The notes under the pieces were generated by a model. That model was not told the origin of the DNA. It made no database searches and saw only the letters and a list, made by a program, of their open reading frames with translations. A program made the translations under genes and the position numbers. From a virus (Duplodnaviria > Caudoviricetes), in the IMG/VR virus record IMGVR_UViG_3300017903_003336, positions 1 through 26,966 of that record: DNA of 26,966 bases. One strand, written 5' to 3'. Positions 17,279 to 25,901 of the stretch are shown here, in pieces. Each line of letters begins with the position of its first letter. Position 1 is the first letter of the stretch.

Positions 17279-17971
17279 GTGATGCTTACCGATATATTCA
17301 TTAATGGTTGTTCGTTTTTAACTTTTAGGCCCAGAGACAATGTTCATACCCATTGTGGTATAGAACTTGCCAAACTAATGGATCTAAATGTTGCTGTAAA
17401 TCTTGCAAACGGTGGCAGAGGTTCAAAGAGATTGATGTGGACTACTCGTGTATGGTGTGAGAAATTTCCGGAGCAGGCTGAAAAATGTTTTTTCCTTATA
17501 GGTTCCAGTGGCGGCAATAGATTTGATTACCCAACAAATGACGGCTACAAAAAACATAAATTTCCCACAATGGAAACAACCTGGAAAACATGGGATCCAA
17601 ACAGAGACAAATATACAACAAACTTTATCAAATATCTTTTTGGTTTGGGAGCAGACTTAGATCAAATGACACAAATTGAATCTATATTAGGACTCCTAGA
17701 CCTACAAGACTATTTTCAAAATAAAAAATATCCATACGTATTTTACAACACCTTGTCAGATGCAAAAATAACCAATGCAGATGTACAACTGCTGTTTGAC
17801 AAAATAGATAAGAAAAGATTTTTCAAACCCGAAACAAGTCATTTGGACTACACAGTTGCAAACAATCAACAATGCAAAGAAGGTGATCCACACCCTAATG
17901 AAGAAGGACACAAGGAGTGGGCAAAACAATTACATGAGTTTATAGATGCTAACAATTTACGCACCATTTAA
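17279..17971 (+). CDS. SGNH/GDSL-like hydrolase or acyltransferase
   Basis: INGCSF (block I), NLANGGRGS (block II), DPHPNEEGH (DxxH-type block V). Confidence 0.7.
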   Translation: MMLTDIFINGCSFLTFRPRDNVHTHCGIELAKLMDLNVAVNLANGGRGSKRLMWTTRVWCEKFPEQAEKCFFLIGSSGGNRFDYPTNDGYKKHKFPTMETTWKTWDPNRDKYTTNFIKYLFGLGADLDQMTQIESILGLLDLQDYFQNKKYPYVFYNTLSDAKITNADVQLLFDKIDKKRFFKPETSHLDYTVANNQQCKEGDPHPNEEGHKEWAKQLHEFIDANNLRTI

Positions 17972-18758
17972 CAACAAGAACAGCAAAGCATATGAAGTTT
18001 TTGAAGGCGTGCAGAAGTCCTGGCCAGAACAAACTACTATGCTTGATAATCAAATCGAAACAGAACCGGAGCCTAATGCGATGTTTTGGGGGTTTGTTGG
18101 AAACAACAGAGAAATGGTCAAAAAACTCGAAGCACGTAAACATCAATATTGGTTTACCGATACGCCGTATTTTGGAAGGTTTGACAACAATAATTTGAAA
18201 GCAGACAATCATTATTGGCGTATTTGTAAAAATAAAATACATGCAACACTATTACAAAACTGTAAGCCGGACAGATTTGAAAAGTTTAAAATAAAAATAC
18301 AAGCACCTAAACTCAAAGGAAATCACATATTAATATGTCCTAGCAGTGCCGGTATACACGGTTACCTTGGTACTCCAAACTGGACTAATGATACTATTGA
18401 AAGTTTAAAAAGATTTACAGACAGACCAATCAGACTTCGACACAAGCCTAGGGGCAGGGGTACATCAGGACCAAGTGAGGCCAAGGTACCCCTATCCGAG
18501 GATCTCAAGGATGCACACGCTATCGTGACCAGTTGTAGCATAGCGGCCGTAGAAGCAGTGTGCATGGGCGTTCCTGTTTTTAGTCATGCAAAAAGTTTTG
18601 CTTCGGCAATGGGAAACTTGCATCTCGAGGATATCGAGCAACCGTTTTATGCTGACCCGGAACCGTGGTTGTATAGTCTAGCATATCAACAGTTTACTCC
18701 GGAAGAGTACAGCAATGGGAAGGCAATAGAAATTCTCACAGACAAGGGATTGTTATGA
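17946..18758 (+). CDS. KpsS/KpsC-like GT-B glycosyltransferase, paralog 4
   Basis: ILICPSS, IRLRHKP, AIVTSCSIAAVEAVCMGVPVF, LAYQQFT; closest by eye to paralog 3. Confidence 0.65.
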   Translation: MLTIYAPFNNKNSKAYEVFEGVQKSWPEQTTMLDNQIETEPEPNAMFWGFVGNNREMVKKLEARKHQYWFTDTPYFGRFDNNNLKADNHYWRICKNKIHATLLQNCKPDRFEKFKIKIQAPKLKGNHILICPSSAGIHGYLGTPNWTNDTIESLKRFTDRPIRLRHKPRGRGTSGPSEAKVPLSEDLKDAHAIVTSCSIAAVEAVCMGVPVFSHAKSFASAMGNLHLEDIEQPFYADPEPWLYSLAYQQFTPEEYSNGKAIEILTDKGLL

Positions 18759-19381
18759 AGATAGAAAAAGTAAATGGTTTTTGGGTTCCGTCAAATGACA
18801 TTCATATAGAACAATGGAAAGCGGGTGCACCATTTACACAAAATAAATGTTTGAACAAATTTATAAAATATTGTGAATCACAGAATAAAAAAATGAAGAC
18901 TGTGATAGACATCGGTGCTTGGTGTGGCACATGGGCAAAGGCAATGGAACCATTTGCCAGGAAAGTTATAGCGTTTGAACCCGACAAGGTGCACTTTGCC
19001 TGTTTGCAACGTAATTGCACTATCAACTGTGATCCGCGGATGGAGGCAGTCGGGGAAGAAGTAGGTGAGATATCACTTACTGTAGATAATTTTACCCAGG
19101 CAAAAAGAGTATTAGAAAATGGAACCATTAGAATGATAAATCTCGATTACATGAATTATCAAGATGTTGACATGATAAAAATTGATGTTGAAGGTTATGA
19201 GATGCAAGTCCTTAAAGGGGCCACAAACACTTTAAAAAATACCAAATATCTCATGATAGAGTTGAACAATAACACAAAGAAATACGGAAGTAGCAACAAC
19301 GAAGTGGAAAAATATATTCAATCGCTAGGATTCAAATTGTTGATTGAACACTGGCCAGACAAAGTTTTTTACCGTGCATAA
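18755..19381 (+). CDS. FkbM-family SAM-dependent methyltransferase
   Basis: VIDIGAWCG, VIAFEP, MIKIDVEGYEMQVLKGA. Confidence 0.9.
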   Translation: MKIEKVNGFWVPSNDIHIEQWKAGAPFTQNKCLNKFIKYCESQNKKMKTVIDIGAWCGTWAKAMEPFARKVIAFEPDKVHFACLQRNCTINCDPRMEAVGEEVGEISLTVDNFTQAKRVLENGTIRMINLDYMNYQDVDMIKIDVEGYEMQVLKGATNTLKNTKYLMIELNNNTKKYGSSNNEVEKYIQSLGFKLLIEHWPDKVFYRA

Positions 19382-19387
19382 CCAAAA

Positions 19388-19394
19388 TTAAATA
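19388..19394 (+). promoter_or_regulatory. Putative late-type promoter (TTAAATA)
   Basis: TTAAATA 6 nt before epimerase ATG 19401; no Shine-Dalgarno in between. Confidence 0.5.
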
Positions 19395-19400
19395 CTGAAA

Positions 19401-20405
19401 ATGAAAATTTTTATCACAGGTGTAGCAGGTTTTTTAGGATCGCATCTAGCAGACTTGATGCTTTCCCAAGGGCACAAGGTTGCAGGCAACGACAACATGA
19501 TCGGTGGGTATACAGATAACGTGCCACAAGATGTTGAATTCCATCAAATTGATTGTTGTGATCTGGAAAATCTCACAAAAGCAATGGAGGGTTGCGACAT
19601 TGTTTACCACACCGCGGCAACTGCCTACGAAGGGCTGTCTGTTTTCTCACCAGTACTAGTGACAAGGAATATTTTTGAAGCATCGGTTACCACAATAACT
19701 GCGGCCATCAGAAACAAGGTCAAACGTATAGTGTATTGCTCAAGCATGGCTAGGTATGGCCATCATGATGAATTACCCTACAAAGAAACTTATGAATGTC
19801 GTCCACAAGATCCATATGGCATTGCAAAGAAAGCCGGTGAAGATGTTTTACGGAATCTGTGTGAGACACACGGAATAGAATATGTGATCGCTGTGCCTCA
19901 CAACATTGTAGGACCTAGACAAAAGTATGACGACCCCTTTAGGAACGTGATGTCTATAATGTTGAATAGGATGCTACAAGGAAAACAACCTATCATATAT
20001 GGCGACGGAGAACAACAAAGATGCTTCAGTTACATAGACGATTGTTTGTACTGCTTGAATGCACTTGCGTTCCAGGACAATGTAGTGGGAGAAGTTATCA
20101 ACATAGGCCCGGACGAGGAACCTATCACGATCAATGAGTTAGCAGAAGCATGTGCTAACGAAACTGGATTAAACCTAGATCCGATTCATCACAAGGACAG
20201 ACCCAAAGAAGTCAAACTTGCTGTGTGTTCCTCTGACAAGGCACGCCAAATGCTTGGATACAGGACAGCAACTAATATGCGACAGTCTGTGAAAAAAACA
20301 GCAGAATATATTAGAACAAGAGGCACAAAAAAATTCCAATACCATTTGCCATTGGAAATTGTTAACGAAATCACACCAGATACTTGGAAGAAGAAATTGA
20401 TATGA
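19401..20405 (+). CDS. NAD-dependent nucleotide-sugar epimerase/dehydratase (extended SDR)
   Basis: ITGVAGFLGS, HTAA, YCSS, YGIAK (YxxxK), NIVGPRQ, GDGEQQRCFSYIDD. Confidence 0.92.
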   Translation: MKIFITGVAGFLGSHLADLMLSQGHKVAGNDNMIGGYTDNVPQDVEFHQIDCCDLENLTKAMEGCDIVYHTAATAYEGLSVFSPVLVTRNIFEASVTTITAAIRNKVKRIVYCSSMARYGHHDELPYKETYECRPQDPYGIAKKAGEDVLRNLCETHGIEYVIAVPHNIVGPRQKYDDPFRNVMSIMLNRMLQGKQPIIYGDGEQQRCFSYIDDCLYCLNALAFQDNVVGEVINIGPDEEPITINELAEACANETGLNLDPIHHKDRPKEVKLAVCSSDKARQMLGYRTATNMRQSVKKTAEYIRTRGTKKFQYHLPLEIVNEITPDTWKKKLI

Positions 20406-21112
20406 TTTCTTTTTGTTGCCCATCCAGGGGCAGACCCGAATTAGCAAAAAGATTAATTGACACTGCCACAGAAACACAAAAATACGACACAGAATTTTTG
20501 TTTTATCTCAACGACGACGACGAAAAACTAGAACAGTACAAAGACTTGTTAGATGAGAAGCATTACACGATTGGTCCTAACCAATCAACTTGTTACAGTT
20601 GGAATTTGATGTGTGACAAAGCATCGCACGATATTGTCATGCTTATGGGCGATGATGTACAAGTGCAAACACAGGACTGGGATCAATTGATTGCTGATGA
20701 ATTTTCTAAATATGATGACAGGATCTTAATGGTAGTTCCTGCAGACGGTAGACCAAAAAATACAAATAGGCTAGGTAACGAAATAAAATTATGGGACGAT
20801 TCTCCTTTGCCAGCGGCACATTTTGCAGTACACAAAAATTGGACAAACACACTGGGATGGTTAGCACCTGTGTCTTTTTGGCATTGGCACGTTGACTCGT
20901 ACACACAAAAGGTCGCCCGTAAAATCAATAGATGTTTGTACATGCCCAATGTTGTATTCAAAGCAAAAAAAATATTGACAGATAATGCAGGAAAGCAGAT
21001 TAGGAAAAATTTTAATATTGCAAAAAGAGATGATTACGTATGGGAAAAAGTTCGCGAACGTTATATAGATGCAGATGTTAATGCACTAGAAACTTTTATT
21101 AATTCTTTCTAA
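20402..21112 (+). CDS. GT2-like glycosyltransferase
   Basis: CPSRGRP, YLNDDD, MLMGDD, WHVDSY; start MISFCC, ATGA-coupled. Confidence 0.75.
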   Translation: MISFCCPSRGRPELAKRLIDTATETQKYDTEFLFYLNDDDEKLEQYKDLLDEKHYTIGPNQSTCYSWNLMCDKASHDIVMLMGDDVQVQTQDWDQLIADEFSKYDDRILMVVPADGRPKNTNRLGNEIKLWDDSPLPAAHFAVHKNWTNTLGWLAPVSFWHWHVDSYTQKVARKINRCLYMPNVVFKAKKILTDNAGKQIRKNFNIAKRDDYVWEKVRERYIDADVNALETFINSF

Positions 21113-21536
21113 AACGTTGACATATTTTGTCAAACTTTTGTTTTGACATATCCAGTTGAATAAAAGGACGTCTAAGATATTTTTTCTTTTTTTCTTTTAT
21201 TTCGATATCCTTACACATAGTTAGAATATGTGTATTATCGTTATAGGTGAATAATCTGCCACCGATGTTTATGTCCGGTGACGGTGTTGTGTCTGATCTT
21301 TCACGAAAAAACCAAAGTGCAATGACCTCGCGATCGAAATCAATTTGCGTAATGTCTTCCTTCAATTCGAATCCTGTCTTATACTTTTCGTCAAACTCTT
21401 GCCAAACACCATGTGCTAAATTGTTTTGATTTTCGTATAGTCTGTTGTATTCATTTTGTTCGACCAACCCAACAGCATGAATGAATTCAACTGGTTCTGT
21501 ATAGTAATTGTGTTGGGAAAGTTTGTGCCAATTCAT
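21099..21536 (-). CDS. Hypothetical protein (145 aa, start MNWHKL)
   Basis: TAATG coupling with the upstream GT gene; no clear family motif. Confidence 0.65.
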   Translation of the reverse strand: MNWHKLSQHNYYTEPVEFIHAVGLVEQNEYNRLYENQNNLAHGVWQEFDEKYKTGFELKEDITQIDFDREVIALWFFRERSDTTPSPDINIGGRLFTYNDNTHILTMCKDIEIKEKKKKYLRRPFIQLDMSKQKFDKICQRFRKN

Positions 21537-22210
21537 TAAGAAGAAAACAAATTGATTAATTCTTTTTTCCAATCATCGCCATATTCACAATCACGGTATC
21601 CGTCAAACCACGGGCCACCTTCTGTGTAGTGAAGTATTTTAGGTTTTCCGTCTTGTGGTTCTTTGTACCAACCTACCAACCAGTTGTACTCCAAAGGCAA
21701 TGATCCAATTTCGTTGTCGTCTAACCAACTAAATCTATGTAAAAATTTTGGCGACTCTTCGTTCAGCAGTTCCGGAGTCAGTATTTTATTTTTAGGATGT
21801 TCACAGTTCCAAAGTACCATGCTTGACCAGTTTTTCCTAGGGTAAACAGTTTGTACCTGTCCGTCCATCTTTGTTGTTTCTTTCGGCGTGTAGTCGTGTT
21901 GCACAACCACAACTGCTTTTGAACTGTCACAATATTTTACTAGTTCGTGGCTCGGAATCTTCCAAAGAAAATCACAGTCGCAAAACACTGCCCAACCTTT
22001 AAAGTCGTTCAGGTATGGAACAAAAAATCTTGTAAAAGTGAATTCTGTTGATGCTAATTTATCTACTGGTCTAGTATAAAGTCCTTGATCTCGCATTTGT
22101 TTCTGCTTCAAAGGTATAACTTCTGCAGATGGATCTCGTCTCTTAATACTGTGCTCGCAGACCTGATACGCTATATCTTCTCTGCTGTCGTGTCCTACAT
22201 ATACTTTCAT
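21536..22210 (-). CDS. GT8-related glycosyltransferase (CDI-like)
   Basis: VYVGHDSRE, STEFTFTRF, FCDCDF (DxD), RKNWSS, YNWLVG, HYTEGGPWF. Confidence 0.85.
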   Translation of the reverse strand: MKVYVGHDSREDIAYQVCEHSIKRRDPSAEVIPLKQKQMRDQGLYTRPVDKLASTEFTFTRFFVPYLNDFKGWAVFCDCDFLWKIPSHELVKYCDSSKAVVVVQHDYTPKETTKMDGQVQTVYPRKNWSSMVLWNCEHPKNKILTPELLNEESPKFLHRFSWLDDNEIGSLPLEYNWLVGWYKEPQDGKPKILHYTEGGPWFDGYRDCEYGDDWKKELINLFSS

Positions 22211-22214
22211 ATAT

Positions 22215-23471
22215 CTATATATCCAAGTACGGGTATACCTTCCTCCAATTAAGGTTACGTCGTTTATCGAGGGTGTCTAAATAAAATTTTCCTTTATCTA
22301 TTTCTTTTCTGTCCGGTTGCATATCTTTGATGCTTTTCCACATGCCGTACCAATAAGATTTAAGAGTGGCATCGTTGGGATCTTCATCCGGCATTTGCTC
22401 TAATGCTTTTTTGAAATCCTGTTCCCAAAACTTGCCACCATATATCCGTGGATGCATCATGTCTCGTCCGATCACAAACGAATGCTCGTTGTGTATTTTC
22501 CTTATTTTTCTTTTCTCATTTAAAACTTTTAAAAGTTCGCTATAAGTTCTAAGTGTAAGCGTGGTCATACAACTTTGTGTGTTTAGATATATCCATTTTT
22601 TGTTTACCACAAAGTCGAAATTTTCTAACCATTTGTCACATTTCAATCCATATCTGGCATACTCGGCCTCCGGACCCCAGTTGTCTATGCTACAAGTCAA
22701 GTCGAACCTGCCTATACATTTGTCTCTTATCAACTTTTCAATTAACTCTATGTGTTCGGGAACATTATTGACCATTAGATTTGACACAATATTAAATTCT
22801 AAATTTCTATTTTTAAGTTTTGCAAGGCTCTTGTAAACTTCTTTGGTTTCTTTCATGAACAAGGTTTCTCCGCCCAGCAAATGGAAACGCTTTAGTTGAT
22901 TACCGTTGCGTTCTAAGTAATCCAAACTTTTTTCAAAGTACTCTTCTGTTTTTGGGTGATCTGTCCAGTTGTACATCCTGTTAGGCTGTGTACCATCTGG
23001 GTATGTTATTTCGCCGTGACGTCGGACTTCTGCACGTATTTTGCTACTGTCTCTGGTGTTGCAGTATGTACACATTAGGTTGCATGTTGATTTGACGAAC
23101 AATTCAAACACCGTTGGTGTCACTCTAGTCGCATTGACATCTGTGTGTAATTCTTTGGGAACTTGATCTGGTATGGTTTTCATGTGCATACGATCACTAG
23201 TACCACCGGCGTCTTCTATAGACTTGCAAAATGTACAATGACCACTGCCACCATTTTCCACGGTTGGCCATTTACCCGATAGCATGATTTCTCTTTCTTT
23301 TATCTTGTGAGGATGATTGTGAAAGTCGTCAAAGTTTTCTATGTCGATAGGAACCTTAAGATTCCTATGACAAGATGCTGTGACACCTTGTGTACACCAG
23401 ACCGTGCTCCAATTCCATTTTAGTGGACAAGCAGGTGTTTGTTTGATTGGAAAATATCTGTTATCGGTCAT
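22215..23471 (-). CDS. Radical SAM protein with N-terminal Cys-rich (twitch-like) region
   Basis: CNLMCTYC, LLGGETL, N-terminal CPLKW...SCH...CTFC, SIDNWG..AEYARYG. Confidence 0.85.
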   Translation of the reverse strand: MTDNRYFPIKQTPACPLKWNWSTVWCTQGVTASCHRNLKVPIDIENFDDFHNHPHKIKEREIMLSGKWPTVENGGSGHCTFCKSIEDAGGTSDRMHMKTIPDQVPKELHTDVNATRVTPTVFELFVKSTCNLMCTYCNTRDSSKIRAEVRRHGEITYPDGTQPNRMYNWTDHPKTEEYFEKSLDYLERNGNQLKRFHLLGGETLFMKETKEVYKSLAKLKNRNLEFNIVSNLMVNNVPEHIELIEKLIRDKCIGRFDLTCSIDNWGPEAEYARYGLKCDKWLENFDFVVNKKWIYLNTQSCMTTLTLRTYSELLKVLNEKRKIRKIHNEHSFVIGRDMMHPRIYGGKFWEQDFKKALEQMPDEDPNDATLKSYWYGMWKSIKDMQPDRKEIDKGKFYLDTLDKRRNLNWRKVYPYLDI

Positions 23472-24091
23472 TACCTAGCAATAAGTTGGTGTATTTCTTT
23501 CCAATTATTTACTCTGGTAATTTCTGGGTGTTCAAAGTCTCGATTGTATTCGTGGTCAATTAAAATGGGTTTTAAACCGTATTTGAGCCCCGCTAGTGCG
23601 TTCTTAGGCTTGTCCTCGACCCAATACAGTCCGGTTCCGTGAAATTCGGCTAAAGCACTGTCTTTGTCGGCACCTGTGCCTAATATATGGTAATTCACAA
23701 AAACATGATCACCAAACAATTCTCCCAATCTACGTTTGCGTAATTCCTGTGCCGGTATGTCTGATGTCTGTGATGTTATTGGTATAAACGTCCAACCCTC
23801 TGCGGCCAGCAATTTGACCCACGTCTGTGATTCCAACATTGGTCTCTGTGTGCCCATCCAGGCACTCCTGTTGAACTCTCTTATTTCTTTTCTGATTGCG
23901 TCTTTGGTCAGACCAAACCGTTCCGCCATCTCATAAGTGTTCTCTTTGTTGGGCAATAATCTGTATGGATGATAACGTGCACCTTTTTCATCAAACAATG
24001 TGCGTTGCAACATCCACTTTGTGAAATGGTGTTCCCACTCCAACAACACACCGTCTACGTCTGTGAGTATTATTCTATCTGATGTCGGCAT
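23471..24091 (-). CDS. HAD-superfamily 5'(3')-deoxyribonucleotidase-like phosphatase
   Basis: ILTDVDGVL (DxD), ITS, WVEDKPKN, YNR...RVNNW; start MPTSDR. Confidence 0.8.
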   Translation of the reverse strand: MPTSDRIILTDVDGVLLEWEHHFTKWMLQRTLFDEKGARYHPYRLLPNKENTYEMAERFGLTKDAIRKEIREFNRSAWMGTQRPMLESQTWVKLLAAEGWTFIPITSQTSDIPAQELRKRRLGELFGDHVFVNYHILGTGADKDSALAEFHGTGLYWVEDKPKNALAGLKYGLKPILIDHEYNRDFEHPEITRVNNWKEIHQLIAR

Positions 24092-24539
24092 CTTCCATTC
24101 CCGCAACTCTCAGTTTTACAATGTTTGTGATCTGCCATTGCTTCTGATCAAGTCCTTTGGTGATGCCCAGCCATTGATTTCTTAAAAGTGCAAATTCGTT
24201 TATGATTTTGTCCATGTCTACAACATCCTGTTCGCCGTCCACGTATTTTTCAGCATCTCTGCTGGACAGTGCCCGGTTGTAATTTTCCAGATATTTTTTA
24301 AATGCTTTGGATCTAGTACGTCTCAATTCGATGTTAAGATATTCGAGTATGGCTTCTATTTGTTGCAGTTGGCTGAATCTTTCTTCTACAATGCCCGGCA
24401 GTGCCGCCGATGCTTTTTCAAGGTTTCCGTATATGCGAACTTCTTGTTTGGCTTTTTGATACTCTGCTTCAAAATGATTTATGCAGTCTGGTATTTTGTC
24501 CAAACTCCTGCTTACTTCATTGTACCAATTAGTCTTCAT
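24075..24539 (-). CDS. uvsY: UvsY-like recombination mediator
   Basis: 154-aa coiled-coil protein (start MKTNWY); AEKYVDGE...KGLDQKQWQITNIVKLR; two genes downstream of uvsX. Confidence 0.75.
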   Translation of the reverse strand: MKTNWYNEVSRSLDKIPDCINHFEAEYQKAKQEVRIYGNLEKASAALPGIVEERFSQLQQIEAILEYLNIELRRTRSKAFKKYLENYNRALSSRDAEKYVDGEQDVVDMDKIINEFALLRNQWLGITKGLDQKQWQITNIVKLRVAGMEDADIR

Positions 24540-24771
24540 AACGATCATCGTAGTCATCAACTTCTTCTTCGTCTTCTTCGTAAAAAGTGTTGATGGCCTC
24601 TTCAAGTTTAGGGTCAAATTCTCCACTTGCCTTGATCTCGTCAGTTTCAACACCTATGTCTTCCAGTGTCTTTACGAAATCTATCGCGGCATCGGCTTTG
24701 TGCTTGTCAGGCACATAGTTGGATAGAGAACTCCATAAACGTTCGATGTCTTCGTGTGTCATATCAATCAT
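24529..24771 (-). CDS. Small acidic hypothetical protein (~80 aa)
   Basis: MIDMTHEDIERLW...YEEDEEEVDDYDDRYED; overlaps uvsX end and uvsY start. Confidence 0.7.
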   Translation of the reverse strand: MIDMTHEDIERLWSSLSNYVPDKHKADAAIDFVKTLEDIGVETDEIKASGEFDPKLEEAINTFYEEDEEEVDDYDDRYED

Positions 24772-25834
24772 CTGTTTCAGCCTCGGATTCAGTTTTTTCA
24801 TCAACTGATGCTTGTGATAATTTATCAAAATCTGCCATAAGCATATCTAATTTATCACCTATCCAGGCTTTTCTGAACTCAAGATGCTCTTTCCGAGCAC
24901 TATCAACGTACTTCAATCTGTTGCCCTGCTGTGTCAACACACCTTTTTTCTCGAACAAGTCTACCAATCCACTATATGGATCCATACCTGTGTCGTATGG
25001 AATTTTCACTTGCACACTTTCGAAAGGTTTGGCATATCTGGTTTTCATAACTTTACATGCCGCTCTTATACCTCTCACATCTGAGATCTTGTTGCCTTTT
25101 TCGTCTTCTTTAAGTTTTAATTTTTTCATTGCTATAACAATAGAACTTGCATATATGAAGCCTTGTCCGCCACTAATTTTATCATCCGGATCAAACATGT
25201 CCTGCGATGCATATGTGTGGTTTGTGGCTATCAGGCCAACATTCCAACTACCAAACATGTTCACACAGTTTCTTACAAGTGCCGTCAATGCCTTAGGTTT
25301 TCTACCTAAGTCACCTTTCATTTCACCTTTCTCAAACTGGTCAACATCGGTTGGTGTCAACAACATGCCCAAACTGTCAATAACGAATAGCACTTTTGGT
25401 GCGCCTTCCTTGTTGTCTGCGTGTTCGTCTTTGTATGACTTCATGAATTCTGATACTGTTTTTGCAACGTCGTCTATCATAGATAAACTTAACTTTAATA
25501 ATTTGTCTTCAGACGTGTCCACTTGCAAAGCCTGTAACCATTGTTCGTCTAATGCGTTTTCCGAATCAATCAATATCACAAAGATGCCTTGTTCCTGTGC
25601 GTTCTTGATGATGTTTCCTGATGCTATGTAGGATTTACCCGCACCCGATTCTCCTGCAAGTACAGATACTTTTCCCAGTGGTACACCTTTGTTGAAATCT
25701 CCGGATATCAGATAGTTCAAAGCATAGTTGCCTGTTGATATCCAGTCAGTTGGATCGTTAAAACCGATACCTAAACCCTGTATCGATTTGGTTATGTTCT
25801 TTCTAAATTTTGTTACATCAAATACTTTTGTCAT
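24764..25834 (-). CDS. uvsX: UvsX/RecA-like recombinase
   Basis: ISTGNYALN, Walker A GESGAGKS, IDSENA, VIDSLG, TNHTY, SGGQG..YASS, KTRY. Confidence 0.93.
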   Translation of the reverse strand: MTKVFDVTKFRKNITKSIQGLGIGFNDPTDWISTGNYALNYLISGDFNKGVPLGKVSVLAGESGAGKSYIASGNIIKNAQEQGIFVILIDSENALDEQWLQALQVDTSEDKLLKLSLSMIDDVAKTVSEFMKSYKDEHADNKEGAPKVLFVIDSLGMLLTPTDVDQFEKGEMKGDLGRKPKALTALVRNCVNMFGSWNVGLIATNHTYASQDMFDPDDKISGGQGFIYASSIVIAMKKLKLKEDEKGNKISDVRGIRAACKVMKTRYAKPFESVQVKIPYDTGMDPYSGLVDLFEKKGVLTQQGNRLKYVDSARKEHLEFRKAWIGDKLDMLMADFDKLSQASVDEKTESEAETDD

Positions 25835-25845
25835 AATTGTCCTTT

Positions 25846-25887
25846 ATTATAATACACAAGGCCTCGATTGTCAATAATCAAGGCCCT
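25846..25887 (-). promoter_or_regulatory. Consensus sigma70 promoter for uvsX overlapped by an inverted repeat
   Basis: TTGACA (25869-25874)-17 nt-TATAAT (25846-25851); stem AGGGCCTTGATT/AATCGAGGCCTT (25858-25887) with loop ATTGAC, possibly also an SSB terminator or processing hairpin. Confidence 0.8.
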
Positions 25888-25901
25888 GGTAAAATGTCAG
25901 A

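Noticed and set aside
21099-21536. Possible 2OG-Fe(II) oxygenase remnant
   Set aside because: No HxD...H triad visible; left as hypothetical
24666-25631. 321-aa plus-strand ORF
   Set aside because: Antisense shadow of uvsX with no recognisable motifs; the same applies to the other short antisense ORFs in the track
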